A model generated the notes under the pieces. The model did not search any database. It saw only the letters and a list, made by a program, of their open reading frames with translations, and had not been told where the DNA came from. Positions 48,309 through 57,538 of a stretch of 64,000 nt of DNA are shown here, one piece after another. Position 1 is the first letter of the stretch, and each line of letters begins with the position of its first letter. The stretch lies in contig CANQZJ010000003.1 in assembly GCA_947628315.1 (NCBI GenBank), positions 7,607 to 71,606 on the forward strand, written 5' to 3'. The position numbers and the translations under genes were made by a program. This stretch comes from an uncultured Oscillospiraceae bacterium. GTDB taxonomy: Bacteria; Bacillota; Clostridia; Oscillospirales; Oscillospiraceae.

Positions 48309-49066
48309 AATGTAATCTCCTCTTTGTTTATGCGCAGAATTATTTTCATATCTTGTTCTGAAATAAAGCCGAAGCAAAATCCATCCGGATTTTTTAGATA
48401 ATCAGCCATCATCTCCGCTCTCACATTTGTTTGGGGCCCAAAAAACGACTTAAAATCATTTTCGATAGCAATGACAGACTCTTTTGTCCTCATGACTTTT
48501 TGAGGAATAAATCGGCGAAACAAGTTCTGCGTCAAAGATGACAAATGAATTCCGTGGTTATTATCTATTGAATCAAAAAAAGTTTTGTACAAATCGGGAT
48601 TGGAAAAAGAAATATGATCCAGCTCTTTAACTCTAAAAAACCTTTGCAAAACACTTAATTCATCTTCGGAAAGCTCACATCCAGGTGATGCAAATATGTA
48701 TTTCCAGTACCCTGACATATCGTTTAAAAATGACATTGTGACATCCGCAAACAGTTCTTCTGTTAAATGTCCTTTCCATTCAGAAATATCTATCAATATA
48801 TATCCTCTGTATTCATCTTTAAACCTGGTATTGCTACGCGCCGCTTCCTGCAGGCGTCTCAAGCCGCTATATTTCTCATGCTCATAAGGAGGGCAATAAC
48901 GAAGATAAAACTTGAAATAAGGCATTTCTCCATTGAAACTTCCCGGTGACAATTGTACTGCTTCGGAACAGATTGTTCCGGCATAGATATCAATCTCCAA
49001 ATTGTTATTGCAGTTCAAATAGAAATTTTGCGGAAAAAACTTGTTGTTTTTAAATACTGTTGCCAT
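48305..49066 (-). CDS. Hypothetical protein
   Basis: 253 aa, overlaps the VirD4 start. Confidence 0.7.
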   Translation of the reverse strand: MATVFKNNKFFPQNFYLNCNNNLEIDIYAGTICSEAVQLSPGSFNGEMPYFKFYLRYCPPYEHEKYSGLRRLQEAARSNTRFKDEYRGYILIDISEWKGHLTEELFADVTMSFLNDMSGYWKYIFASPGCELSEDELSVLQRFFRVKELDHISFSNPDLYKTFFDSIDNNHGIHLSSLTQNLFRRFIPQKVMRTKESVIAIENDFKSFFGPQTNVRAEMMADYLKNPDGFCFGFISEQDMKIILRINKEEITL

Positions 49067-49110
49067 ATAATTTCTCCTTGTCGTTTTTTCAATTTTTATT
49101 CTGTAGTTTA

Positions 49111-49158
49111 ATTATAAGCACTATATCCTTCCAGCGCGATACACCGTGGGTTTACACT
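49111..49158 (-). promoter_or_regulatory. Shared promoter box, copy 4
   Basis: ATTATAA-N20-GATACACC-N4-GTTTACACT (perfect TATAAT -10). Confidence 0.6.
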
Positions 49159-49565
49159 TTAGCGGCTTGGGAAACAGTATCAGATATTACTTTTGAATAG
49201 CTCTCTATCAACAAACGAATTCTACTTTTTGGGTGCTTTATATCTAAAACTTGCAGCACATAGAAGCTTATATCGCCTTCATCTGTAACCTCGATACCGA
49301 CAGTCAGAGAAGAATCATTCGGCTTTTTATACACATATCGAACATTGATGTTTTTCACAGAAACGGAACCAACAAAACTCCAAATCTTTATTGATTGATT
49401 GTTTTTCAACTGAAGATTAAATGTCCGCCCGAATGGTGTCGTACAAAAATACAGAGCCCCATTTTTGAAATCTATTCTTCTAAAGGATATTCTGTTATCT
49501 GAAAAAATCTCATTTATTGTTGTAATATAGTTATTTTCTATCGTTGGTATCATTTCCTTTTTCAA
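49152..49565 (-). CDS. Hypothetical protein (possible YbjN/chaperone-like fold)
   Basis: 137 aa; EVTDEGDISF. Confidence 0.55.
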   Translation of the reverse strand: MKKEMIPTIENNYITTINEIFSDNRISFRRIDFKNGALYFCTTPFGRTFNLQLKNNQSIKIWSFVGSVSVKNINVRYVYKKPNDSSLTVGIEVTDEGDISFYVLQVLDIKHPKSRIRLLIESYSKVISDTVSQAAKV

Positions 49566-50428
49566 ATAATTCGTGCCAGAAACACGGTGTTGTTTTCTGC
49601 GTTATATATGAGCACAATTCCGACCGCAAACAACCGATGTAAATCCTGGTGTTCAAACATATTTTTATTGAACTCCAAGGTTCTGGATTGACTTGCTGTT
49701 AATCCGTGACCTCGATGGCTGTGAAACGGATGAAAAATTGAACGGGTCCTGAATGTGTTGACTCCCATGGTATTTGTTATTTTCTCATATTCATATTTAG
49801 GAAGAAGCTGGATGAGATCTTCTGTCTCCACTCCTGAAGAGAATACAATAAGGTAGCTGATTTGCTTTAGAAATTCTGATGGAGTAAAGGTTCTTGATTC
49901 AGCGTTGCGAAGACTCCGGGGGACGGTTTCACAGAAAAGCAGAGATTGATCGACTGCATTGAACTTATTCATCAGCTCTGCTCCGACTTGCAAACCAGTT
50001 CCGAGATGAGCAATTATGAAATGAGTCTCCCCCCAGTCTTCCAAGTAATATTCTATATCTGAATAAGCCTCAACACTTCTCTTGAAATATATAGCTCCAC
50101 TGCCACCGGGCAGCTTTTCCTGCGCTGAATTAAGAGTCCAATCCGGATTAAATGTGGAAAAAGGCGAATTGCTGTCCGCACCAGTTCCAAGGAAGAGAAA
50201 AGGTTTTCTGCTGCGACGGATAAGTGCCTTGGCTGTCCCGATTCCTCTTGAGGGATTGCCGATGATGCATACCGTACCGGCAGGTGAAACTCCTGTGCTT
50301 TCAAAAAGCTGAAACGGTGTGCAGCTACCGAGGTTGACTGCCGGGTGATTTTTTGCGTTTCGAAGATTTGATGATGTTACCGGCGCGCTGAGTGCCGGAA
50401 TTTCGGATGGTCTGAAAGTGTTCTTCAT
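49562..50428 (-). CDS. Hypothetical protein, possibly a degenerate P-loop/T4CP-like domain
   Basis: VCIIGNPSRGIGT in a Walker A-like context; coupled to the TrwB-like gene. Confidence 0.55.
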   Translation of the reverse strand: MKNTFRPSEIPALSAPVTSSNLRNAKNHPAVNLGSCTPFQLFESTGVSPAGTVCIIGNPSRGIGTAKALIRRSRKPFLFLGTGADSNSPFSTFNPDWTLNSAQEKLPGGSGAIYFKRSVEAYSDIEYYLEDWGETHFIIAHLGTGLQVGAELMNKFNAVDQSLLFCETVPRSLRNAESRTFTPSEFLKQISYLIVFSSGVETEDLIQLLPKYEYEKITNTMGVNTFRTRSIFHPFHSHRGHGLTASQSRTLEFNKNMFEHQDLHRLFAVGIVLIYNAENNTVFLARII

Positions 50429-51723
50429 ATGTTTTCAAGCTCCTTTCTCCAGCCGTGATAGAAGAACGGCGAATCGCTCAAATTTGGGATACTCATGAGG
50501 GCATCGCCTTTTTTCTGGATCATCGTAAAATCATAATCAGCAATTACTGGTCTGTATTCCGTGTGAGGGATAACTTTTTGCATAGGTCCTTGAAAAGCAT
50601 AGGAAGTTAGACATTCTCCATATCTGTCGGCAATCACCTTGCGGCTCAGTGCGTCTTGAACTTTGAGGCAGATTATATTTGGGAAAAGACTTATCAGAGC
50701 TTTTGCTTCGTCTTCTTTATAATGTCTTGTAAGGAGCTGGGCGGATTGAAGAGTGCAGATTAATCTCAGACCCGCTTCTCTTCCCAAACTCATACAATCA
50801 ATCAGCTGCTCTGTGCGCGGCAGTATTGAAAATTCATCGAGAAATACCCAGCATCTACGCTTATTTGCCGGATCGGTAATACGCTTAAAAAGAAGATCCA
50901 ACAGCGTTTTATAAATCTTTATACTAGCGTTTGAACTGCTTGCATGATCGTAGTAAAGAAACACTCTTCGTCCGCGCTTGAGTGAGTCTATTATTGAGAA
51001 TTCTCCGTTATCGGTACAGAACGATCCCCATAATGCTTCAAACAGAAGCGTTCTGATTTCACTGATCGTTCCGTATCCCTGCTCAAGACCGTTGCCGAAA
51101 TAGTCATTAAGATGTGCAAATCTGCGAGGTTTTATCACAGCAAGGTTTTGCCATGAATTTTCATCCTCTGGATCTAATGATACTTTTTCAAAGAAATCAT
51201 AAAGATATGCGTTAGTAGGAAGATACCCTTTTTCAAGACCTTCCTCATAGCAGGCCATAATGACCGTAAACAAAACATCTTTGGCCGAATTAACGAAGTA
51301 TGGGTTCTGTGTGCTTTGCTGATCCTGCAGCAAACTAGATACGATGAGTTTTGCTGTTTGTTCCGGATCCCTTGAATTTTTCATCTCCAGAAACAGATTC
51401 CAACACCCCTTGGGATCACCTGTATCGGCAACCGAAACAACAATATCCTGAGGTCGTTTATATTTCAAAAAATCCGGTTTAGCACAGAATATGTAAACAT
51501 TTTCTTGAAGCCTGTCTGCACTTTCCAGTATCTGCTTCATCATTTTGTCGAGGAGGAACGTCTTTCCGCTGCCCACGCAGCCGAGAATTGCCGTCGGGCA
51601 TTGAAATATTTGTTCATCGAAAACCAGTCCGTTTTCAAGCCTTACGACCGGCTCTTGAAAAGGTGGCTCCAGTCTTGGAATAGTGTCCTGAATTGTTTGA
51701 CCTTCCAGCACTTGTTTTATCAT
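50425..51723 (-). CDS. TrwB/TraD-like coupling ATPase, no N-terminal TM
   Basis: LGCVGSGKT, WNLF, WVFLDEFSILP, GREAGL..TLQSAQ. Confidence 0.85.
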   Translation of the reverse strand: MIKQVLEGQTIQDTIPRLEPPFQEPVVRLENGLVFDEQIFQCPTAILGCVGSGKTFLLDKMMKQILESADRLQENVYIFCAKPDFLKYKRPQDIVVSVADTGDPKGCWNLFLEMKNSRDPEQTAKLIVSSLLQDQQSTQNPYFVNSAKDVLFTVIMACYEEGLEKGYLPTNAYLYDFFEKVSLDPEDENSWQNLAVIKPRRFAHLNDYFGNGLEQGYGTISEIRTLLFEALWGSFCTDNGEFSIIDSLKRGRRVFLYYDHASSSNASIKIYKTLLDLLFKRITDPANKRRCWVFLDEFSILPRTEQLIDCMSLGREAGLRLICTLQSAQLLTRHYKEDEAKALISLFPNIICLKVQDALSRKVIADRYGECLTSYAFQGPMQKVIPHTEYRPVIADYDFTMIQKKGDALMSIPNLSDSPFFYHGWRKELENI

Positions 51724-51724
51724 T

Positions 51725-52354
51725 TCAGTGCCCTCCTCCATGACCGCCGGAGGAATGACCGCCCGAACTATGGCCTCCGGCTGAATGCGCTCCCGATGCG
51801 GATGAACTGTGTCCCGAAGATGACTCCGCTTTCCCGGCAGATGAATGTCCATCGGATGATGATTGACTTTGGGATGGTACTGGACCGCCCTTATTTCCGG
51901 ATTCCCGTCCCTGACTCAATGGACCGGTATCTCCGCGTTCTCTTCCGCCATTATCAGTTCCGTTCTTTTTTCCAGTCTGTGTGTTCGCGTTTTTTGCCGC
52001 GTTCTTTGATACTTCATTTAATCTGGCAAGGGTAGCTTTGTCCGCTTTAATGCTCTCAAAGAAACTGTTGTTTTTATCCATACTTTTAGCTCCTTCAGTT
52101 TTTGTTCTTGTTTGTTGATCAGGATGATTGTTCCTGGTCGGATATTTACGACCGTGCCATCCGCTTTTCTGCGTTTTTGGCGAATAATAAAAGTGTTCGT
52201 GTGTCCCATCGGAGCGCATAATATATGCATTATGGTTCTTGCTGCCGAAGGATGTATTAACTGATTTTACCATTGGACCAGTTTCGGCTTTTTCTAGATC
52301 CGACTTGTATCCGCTTGAGCGGGAAAAGTCACTTGATACATGGTCCTTACTCAT
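51725..52354 (-). CDS. Hydrophilic protein with Gly/Ser/His-rich repeat tail
   Basis: C-terminus SSGHSSSASGAHSAGGHSSGGHSSGGHGGGH. Confidence 0.7.
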   Translation of the reverse strand: MSKDHVSSDFSRSSGYKSDLEKAETGPMVKSVNTSFGSKNHNAYIMRSDGTHEHFYYSPKTQKSGWHGRKYPTRNNHPDQQTRTKTEGAKSMDKNNSFFESIKADKATLARLNEVSKNAAKNANTQTGKKNGTDNGGRERGDTGPLSQGRESGNKGGPVPSQSQSSSDGHSSAGKAESSSGHSSSASGAHSAGGHSSGGHSSGGHGGGH

Positions 52355-52677
52355 GAGGCAGGATTTTCTCCTCTTCTATATATCTCGTCTATAAGGTACT
52401 CAGCTTCCGAGGCCGAGCGTGCTCGAACCGGAAAGTAAACACCAAACCGATCTTTCTTTGTTGACACCGGGCAGTAACCGAATACATACACTTTATACAG
52501 GGAGCCGAAGGCATGACGCACCTTGAGCGTCTCACCGCTTTCGGTGTAATATTCATAACCTCCGTTCTGCGGTGTATGCCCCCTGCCGATTCTGCCTTCC
52601 TTGATTTCAAACAGAATCAAAAGGATGACTAGAACCGCGATTCCACCGTATGCAAGAAGGTTTAATGTGTCGTCCAT
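52351..52677 (-). CDS. Single-TM hypothetical protein
   Basis: N-terminal hydrophobic helix; RBS GGAG. Confidence 0.65.
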   Translation of the reverse strand: MDDTLNLLAYGGIAVLVILLILFEIKEGRIGRGHTPQNGGYEYYTESGETLKVRHAFGSLYKVYVFGYCPVSTKKDRFGVYFPVRARSASEAEYLIDEIYRRGENPAS

Positions 52678-52687
52678 AACAGTCCTC

Positions 52688-52945
52688 CTATCTGAAAATC
52701 GACTTTATCATAAGTCCGATTCCAAAGAGAATTATCAACAGAAACAGACCGACGCTAAGTAAAGAGGTCAGCAACTCGCAAAGAAAGCCTGCGCATATGG
52801 GGCAGAGAAGCACACCCGCCGTTCCCAGTCCTGCGCTGAGCCTCCTCGAAGAAGGAATTTCCCGGTAGCGTATTAAATGCGTCACTGAAGGAATCAGTAT
52901 CGCAAGGTATAAGATGAGTAAAACGGTTTGGTACATAATTGACAC
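52688..52945 (-). CDS. Small multi-TM protein
   Basis: 85 aa, ~3 hydrophobic segments. Confidence 0.65.
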   Translation of the reverse strand: MSIMYQTVLLILYLAILIPSVTHLIRYREIPSSRRLSAGLGTAGVLLCPICAGFLCELLTSLLSVGLFLLIILFGIGLMIKSIFR

Positions 52946-53060
52946 CTCTTTACGTAAGATTACTTTGCAGTTCCTCCAGACTCTATGCCATAATTATAAA
53001 ACGGTCATTATCCAGCGGTATAGACTGCTCACTATCCAATTTTTCCAACAGAACATATAA

Positions 53061-53099
53061 ATACAGCCGTTGTTTACCGTTAATATCCAACGGCTGTAT
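53061..53099. terminator. Hairpin after the OmpA-like gene
   Basis: ATACAGCCGTTG...CAACGGCTGTAT perfect 12-bp IR. Confidence 0.6.
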
Positions 53100-53118
53100 G
53101 CGAAATGCCGATGTTACG

Positions 53119-54330
53119 TCATGTACTTTTCAGCGACTGAGCAGTCGAACTGTCTGCAAGGATGATGTAAATCGCCCTGTTTTGTGCCGCCATCTTCTCA
53201 TTAAGAGTTCCGTCGGCATTGTGGTCCTCCACACGCAGGCAATTGTCTGTACAGCCTAATCCAATGCATTCGATTTGTTCTTCCTTAACGCCTGAGTCAA
53301 TCAGCATTTTCTTGACCGTCTGCGTTCTTTGATATGACAATTCAATGCCGTCACCATTGCCGACTTTGGCTGTAGTTCCTGCGATGAGTATTTTTTCATC
53401 GGGATTGGACTTGAGATGCTCTACAAAAGGTTCGACTGCTTTCTTTGCGGCTGCAGTATCGACAAGTTCCGCTTTGTCACCGATAAATTTACATGTGCCC
53501 TCATCAAGCTTATACACAGACGTATCAGTAACGGATACCGTATTTAACCCAAGATCATCAGATGGGAACTCAACAACACTCACATGCGGCAAGCCTTCGC
53601 TTTCCTCACCTGTGACAGGTGTTGAGTCAAAAGTGATGTTTCCGCCTGATCTTTCGATAATTGTTCTCCATAATGTTTCAAGGTTGAATCTGTATGAATC
53701 CGGTATTACTTGCTGTTCGCCGCTTACACATCCGAGACCTATCCATAATACTTCCACGCCTTCAAGGTCGGGAAGCGAATGCAACTGCTCAAGCTTATCA
53801 ACAACAATATCCGGATCGGTTGCAAGCACATTGTATTTCAGCTGGGAAAGAAGACCCGTAGTACAAAGACCATTGTCGAAAACAACTAATTTTTTGTTGC
53901 CGATAGTTGACGCTTTAAGTACGTTGGCAGACAGCCTTATCGTTTGAAGAGTGTCAACTTCGGGCGTTTCGGCTTTAAGCGACGCAAAGCCGTTCACAAT
54001 GCCGCTTGCGTTACGCTTGGCAATTTCCTTGATTTTTGCATCGGAAAGATTTTTGTCGGATTTTTCGAGCGTAATTGTTTTGGTTTGTTCGGGAGTTCCC
54101 TCGACAACGGCGTAGGATACCTCACCGTAGTTGGTACAAGCTTCAAGTACCGAATCATAAATGCTCTGCGCATTAGAGCTTATTCCGGGGAAGTTTCTCC
54201 TGACGCCGAGCACAAACGAAAGAGCGAGAGACTCGTTGACCGAATTGGTTGTAGTCGTGCATGCGGATAAGGCACCGCACAGTGTCAATGAAAGCGTAAG
54301 TGCTAAAACAACAGAAATTATTTTTTTCAT
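53119..54330 (-). CDS. Lipoprotein with vWA-like middle and C-terminal OmpA-like peptidoglycan-binding domain
   Basis: Signal with LSAC lipobox; VFDNGL; IAGTTA..LSYQRTQTVK..G.G...QNRAI. Confidence 0.8.
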   Translation of the reverse strand: MKKIISVVLALTLSLTLCGALSACTTTTNSVNESLALSFVLGVRRNFPGISSNAQSIYDSVLEACTNYGEVSYAVVEGTPEQTKTITLEKSDKNLSDAKIKEIAKRNASGIVNGFASLKAETPEVDTLQTIRLSANVLKASTIGNKKLVVFDNGLCTTGLLSQLKYNVLATDPDIVVDKLEQLHSLPDLEGVEVLWIGLGCVSGEQQVIPDSYRFNLETLWRTIIERSGGNITFDSTPVTGEESEGLPHVSVVEFPSDDLGLNTVSVTDTSVYKLDEGTCKFIGDKAELVDTAAAKKAVEPFVEHLKSNPDEKILIAGTTAKVGNGDGIELSYQRTQTVKKMLIDSGVKEEQIECIGLGCTDNCLRVEDHNADGTLNEKMAAQNRAIYIILADSSTAQSLKST

Positions 54331-54346
54331 AGTATCAATCTCCTTT

Positions 54347-55297
54347 TCAAGCTATTGTGTTGAATGAGTTTCCGGCATCGATTAATTTTTTTACGCCTTT
54401 TGATTCTTCGACAACCGGATCTTCAGGTTCATCCTCATTTGAAATAGCGTATATACTGTCGAAACCGGTGCTCTCGAGCAAATCAAACGCATTCTCGGTA
54501 ACCCTGAGTATGCCATCGGCGTCAAGACATTCCTCAAGAGCTTCCTCATATGCCTGAATGCGAATCTGTTCCTGCGCATAAACTTCACGCTTAAAGCTTT
54601 CAAACAACTTCTCTTCTCTTTCTTTAAGAAGCTCTTCACGTTCGGAAAGCTGCGCATTGCCTTCAATAAGTGCGGTTCTATGCTCCTCAGCGAGAGTTCT
54701 AACTAAAGCCAACTTTTTCAGCCTTTCTTCAATGGGCTTAAATGTACTCAGACCGACCACAAGTGAACTAATGGACGTCCCGAGGGGAACCACAGCGCAA
54801 AATATAGCCGCAATGGTAACTGACATTGGATTTGACGCTTCGTTACTCACATTGTCAAAGGAAAAAACTGTTGACACACCGAGCGGCAATGCTTCCTCGA
54901 AGGTGGCGTCTTTTGTAGCCAGAGAGAAAATCAGAAACGGTATGTAAGCGACGAAAAAAGCAACGACTGCAGGGATGACGATTGAAAGCATGGAGCTTTT
55001 TGTTCTGAGTCCGTCCAGATACTCACGCAGCACTCTTCCTGCAAGGAACATCGGCAAGTCGAGGATAACCGCTGAGGCCGCAGCCAAAAGTGCAACGAAG
55101 TACCAGTTATCCTGCTGAACGGCTGTCCATTTGATGTAAAGTGGGATGAAGTCAGCGATGATGAAGAATGCGGTGACTATAGATCCGATGTTCACGATGT
55201 CCTTAAAACTTTTCTTGTTAAGCAACTGTCTGCGGTCATCTATAGTGCCGAATGCTGTTGCCTTGATAGGGTTAATCGTTAAGTTCTGCATTGTCAA
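54347..55297 (-). CDS. Membrane protein (~4 TM) with C-terminal coiled coil
   Basis: Hydrophobic segments followed by an E/K-rich helix. Confidence 0.75.
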   Translation of the reverse strand: MTMQNLTINPIKATAFGTIDDRRQLLNKKSFKDIVNIGSIVTAFFIIADFIPLYIKWTAVQQDNWYFVALLAAASAVILDLPMFLAGRVLREYLDGLRTKSSMLSIVIPAVVAFFVAYIPFLIFSLATKDATFEEALPLGVSTVFSFDNVSNEASNPMSVTIAAIFCAVVPLGTSISSLVVGLSTFKPIEERLKKLALVRTLAEEHRTALIEGNAQLSEREELLKEREEKLFESFKREVYAQEQIRIQAYEEALEECLDADGILRVTENAFDLLESTGFDSIYAISNEDEPEDPVVEESKGVKKLIDAGNSFNTIA

Positions 55298-55303
55298 TCC
55301 TCC

Positions 55304-55726
55304 TCATTTCTTAAGCGAAAGAAGCTTGTTTTCTTCTGCTGTATATTCGGCAATTTCCTTGTCCAGTCTCAAAATCATATCATTCGCTCTGGCAATATCG
55401 CCGTTCAAGAGATCGATGATAGTCTGAATGGAGTAGTTGTGGTTAATAAACTGACGTCTGCCAATCTCTATCTCTCTGTAGGAATCGGCTTTGATTGCCG
55501 GAATACGCTTGTCCTTCATAAGCCAGTCGGCAGGCAGTCCTTTGATGCGTTCGCGCTCGTATGTAAGTGGATCTAAACCGTCCTCATAGAATTTCATGGT
55601 ATGCTTGTACTCAACAGGCACAAGATCGGCGTGAGGGAAGCTTTTGGTTAAGGTAACCTCATGCATCTCCGGCATTCCGGTGATATTTTCTGTTTTTGTC
55701 TTCTTAAACTTATCAAAAAATCCCAT
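55304..55726 (-). CDS. Hypothetical protein
   Basis: MGFFDKFKK start; tightly packed operon. Confidence 0.75.
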   Translation of the reverse strand: MGFFDKFKKTKTENITGMPEMHEVTLTKSFPHADLVPVEYKHTMKFYEDGLDPLTYERERIKGLPADWLMKDKRIPAIKADSYREIEIGRRQFINHNYSIQTIIDLLNGDIARANDMILRLDKEIAEYTAEENKLLSLKK

Positions 55727-56341
55727 TTATACTACCTCCTCAAATTCAGGGACAATTGCTGCATTCTCAATCGCCTTATCAAGGCGCTTGTGTCTCTCGT
55801 AATAAAGAACTCTTGGCTTGTCGGAATAGTCAATTCCGGGGTCGAATTCATGAAGTCCGCCTGCACGAAGTCCTTTCAGATAGGCATCCATCTTGGCACC
55901 GGCTCTTTTACGCATTCTTGAGATGCGTTCATCGAGAATCGTACCGCCGTTTACTATCTTTTCGTTGATTTCGTAAAGACGAGCCCTCGCGTTTTCAACG
56001 GCGGAATGAGCATTACTAACGGCTTGCGCCCTTCTCCTGTTTTCCAATACATCCCAGGCATGCTTTTCTTCAACCGAGCCTGGCATTTCGGGGATCATCT
56101 TTGATTGCTTGGAGATAATTGCAAGTTGCTGTGCGCCATCGTTACGTGTACTCTTGAGAAACTTCTCGGCCACAAGGCACTCTTCATTCTCGATAGATTC
56201 ACACTTGTCCAAGTAACGCCTTAAATGAGCTTCTGCCACTCCGATGCCCTTCCTTGCGTCAAGTTTTCCGATAAGCTTAAGCATAAAATTAGGAATAATG
56301 GTGACATTTTTGGTCTTCTGTCCAAGTTCGTAGTTTTTCAT
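55727..56341 (-). CDS. Hypothetical helical protein
   Basis: RBS AAGGAG; 204 aa. Confidence 0.75.
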   Translation of the reverse strand: MKNYELGQKTKNVTIIPNFMLKLIGKLDARKGIGVAEAHLRRYLDKCESIENEECLVAEKFLKSTRNDGAQQLAIISKQSKMIPEMPGSVEEKHAWDVLENRRRAQAVSNAHSAVENARARLYEINEKIVNGGTILDERISRMRKRAGAKMDAYLKGLRAGGLHEFDPGIDYSDKPRVLYYERHKRLDKAIENAAIVPEFEEVV

Positions 56342-56358
56342 AATGTATATCTCCTTTC

Positions 56359-56772
56359 TTAAGCCGCTAACTCGCGGTCATCATAATAAACTTTATCGTT
56401 CTTTTTTGTCGGCTTCTGATGCAGCTTGACCTGTTCTTTCTGTTTGACATTCTCGCCAAGCGCAGTGTCTATCGCATCAGCTAATCTGTAAAAAAGCTTT
56501 GACAGCTTTGGATTGCGGTAATGACCCTTGTCTGCACTGTAAAGCTCTCTGATGGTAAGGCTATAGCCTGATCGTTTGTCGTGGCCGATGCCTTTATCAC
56601 GAAAGTAAGCGAATACAGAGCCGGAAAAAGTGATTGCTTTGTCGTCTTCGCCCTTAAAAAGTGCAATTCTCTCTCTGCTACCGAATGCCTGGTAATAGAA
56701 TTCGAGTTCACCGGGCAGGGCTACGCAGATAATACGGTCTTTATGATTTACGGATGAGTTGATCTTTTTCAT
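56359..56772 (-). CDS. Hypothetical protein ending ELAA
   Basis: RBS AGGAGG; ssrA-tag-like C-terminus. Confidence 0.7.
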   Translation of the reverse strand: MKKINSSVNHKDRIICVALPGELEFYYQAFGSRERIALFKGEDDKAITFSGSVFAYFRDKGIGHDKRSGYSLTIRELYSADKGHYRNPKLSKLFYRLADAIDTALGENVKQKEQVKLHQKPTKKNDKVYYDDRELAA

Positions 56773-56802
56773 TGGTAATTCCTCCTTGATCTTTGTGAAC
56801 TT

Positions 56803-56849
56803 ATTATCTCATATTCGATAATAGCTGTACGTAACCTGTGGTTTACATT
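56803..56849 (-). promoter_or_regulatory. Shared promoter box, copy 5 (spacing 1 nt shorter)
   Basis: ATTATC...ACGTAACC-N4-GTTTACATT. Confidence 0.5.
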
Positions 56850-56857
56850 TGCCATCT

Positions 56858-57538
56858 TTATTTAAAATTTGTCTTTACCCCGTCTTTTTCTTTCTCTAAC
56901 ATAGATTCCATCGGAATGTTTCCGCAATCAATGCAGGCGATATGAACCTCTTTTGTTGCTCGAATGCTCAATCCGCATTTAGGGCAGACATATTTTCTTG
57001 TTGAAGACTTTTTCTTGTTTTCTGGTCCTTCTTTTTCACCGTTGCCTTTTTTGCCACTGTCAGCAGAAGTTTTGTATTCTGGGTTACGGTATAATTGAAG
57101 CTTATCCAGCCAGCCTAAATCACGAACAAGATCCGCCATGCTTTGAGATGGTCGTGTCAAACTGTACCCAACGCCGGCAGAATAGCCGATAATCAATCCT
57201 CGCTTTTCGGCTTCTTCTTTAAAACGTTTATTGTGGTATGTGTTGCCGCGACTAACATCTTTAATACCTTGAACATGACAATAGTAATGAACCATTTCGT
57301 GCATTAATGTGGCAATGACTTCAGACACAGGTCGGCGAAGTGACTCGGCGCCGAGATTGATTTCCTTGAGCTTTAATCCATGACGGTTATCCCAAGCATC
57401 ATACGGAGTAAAATGACCGTGCGCACGAGGTGTTGATTGGATTGTAATCGCCGGTCTTGAAAGTGCACTTTCAAAATACCTTTCATTAAGCACATCAAAA
57501 GCTTCTTCCAGGAAAACAACTTCTTCGGAAATTTTCAT
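56858..57538 (-). CDS. SprT-like zinc metalloprotease with C-terminal zinc ribbon
   Basis: LMHEMVH, YHNKRF, KYVCPKC..IACIDC. Confidence 0.88.
   Translation of the reverse strand: MKISEEVVFLEEAFDVLNERYFESALSRPAITIQSTPRAHGHFTPYDAWDNRHGLKLKEINLGAESLRRPVSEVIATLMHEMVHYYCHVQGIKDVSRGNTYHNKRFKEEAEKRGLIIGYSAGVGYSLTRPSQSMADLVRDLGWLDKLQLYRNPEYKTSADSGKKGNGEKEGPENKKKSSTRKYVCPKCGLSIRATKEVHIACIDCGNIPMESMLEKEKDGVKTNFK

Noticed and set aside
52993-53035. Sixth copy of the shared promoter box
   Set aside because: A -10 and one partial half-site are present but the TGTAAWC half is missing
53119-55297. Zorya ZorA/ZorB pair
   Set aside because: The OmpA protein has a lipoprotein signal and a large middle domain rather than a MotB-type single TM; no ZorC/D/E recognised
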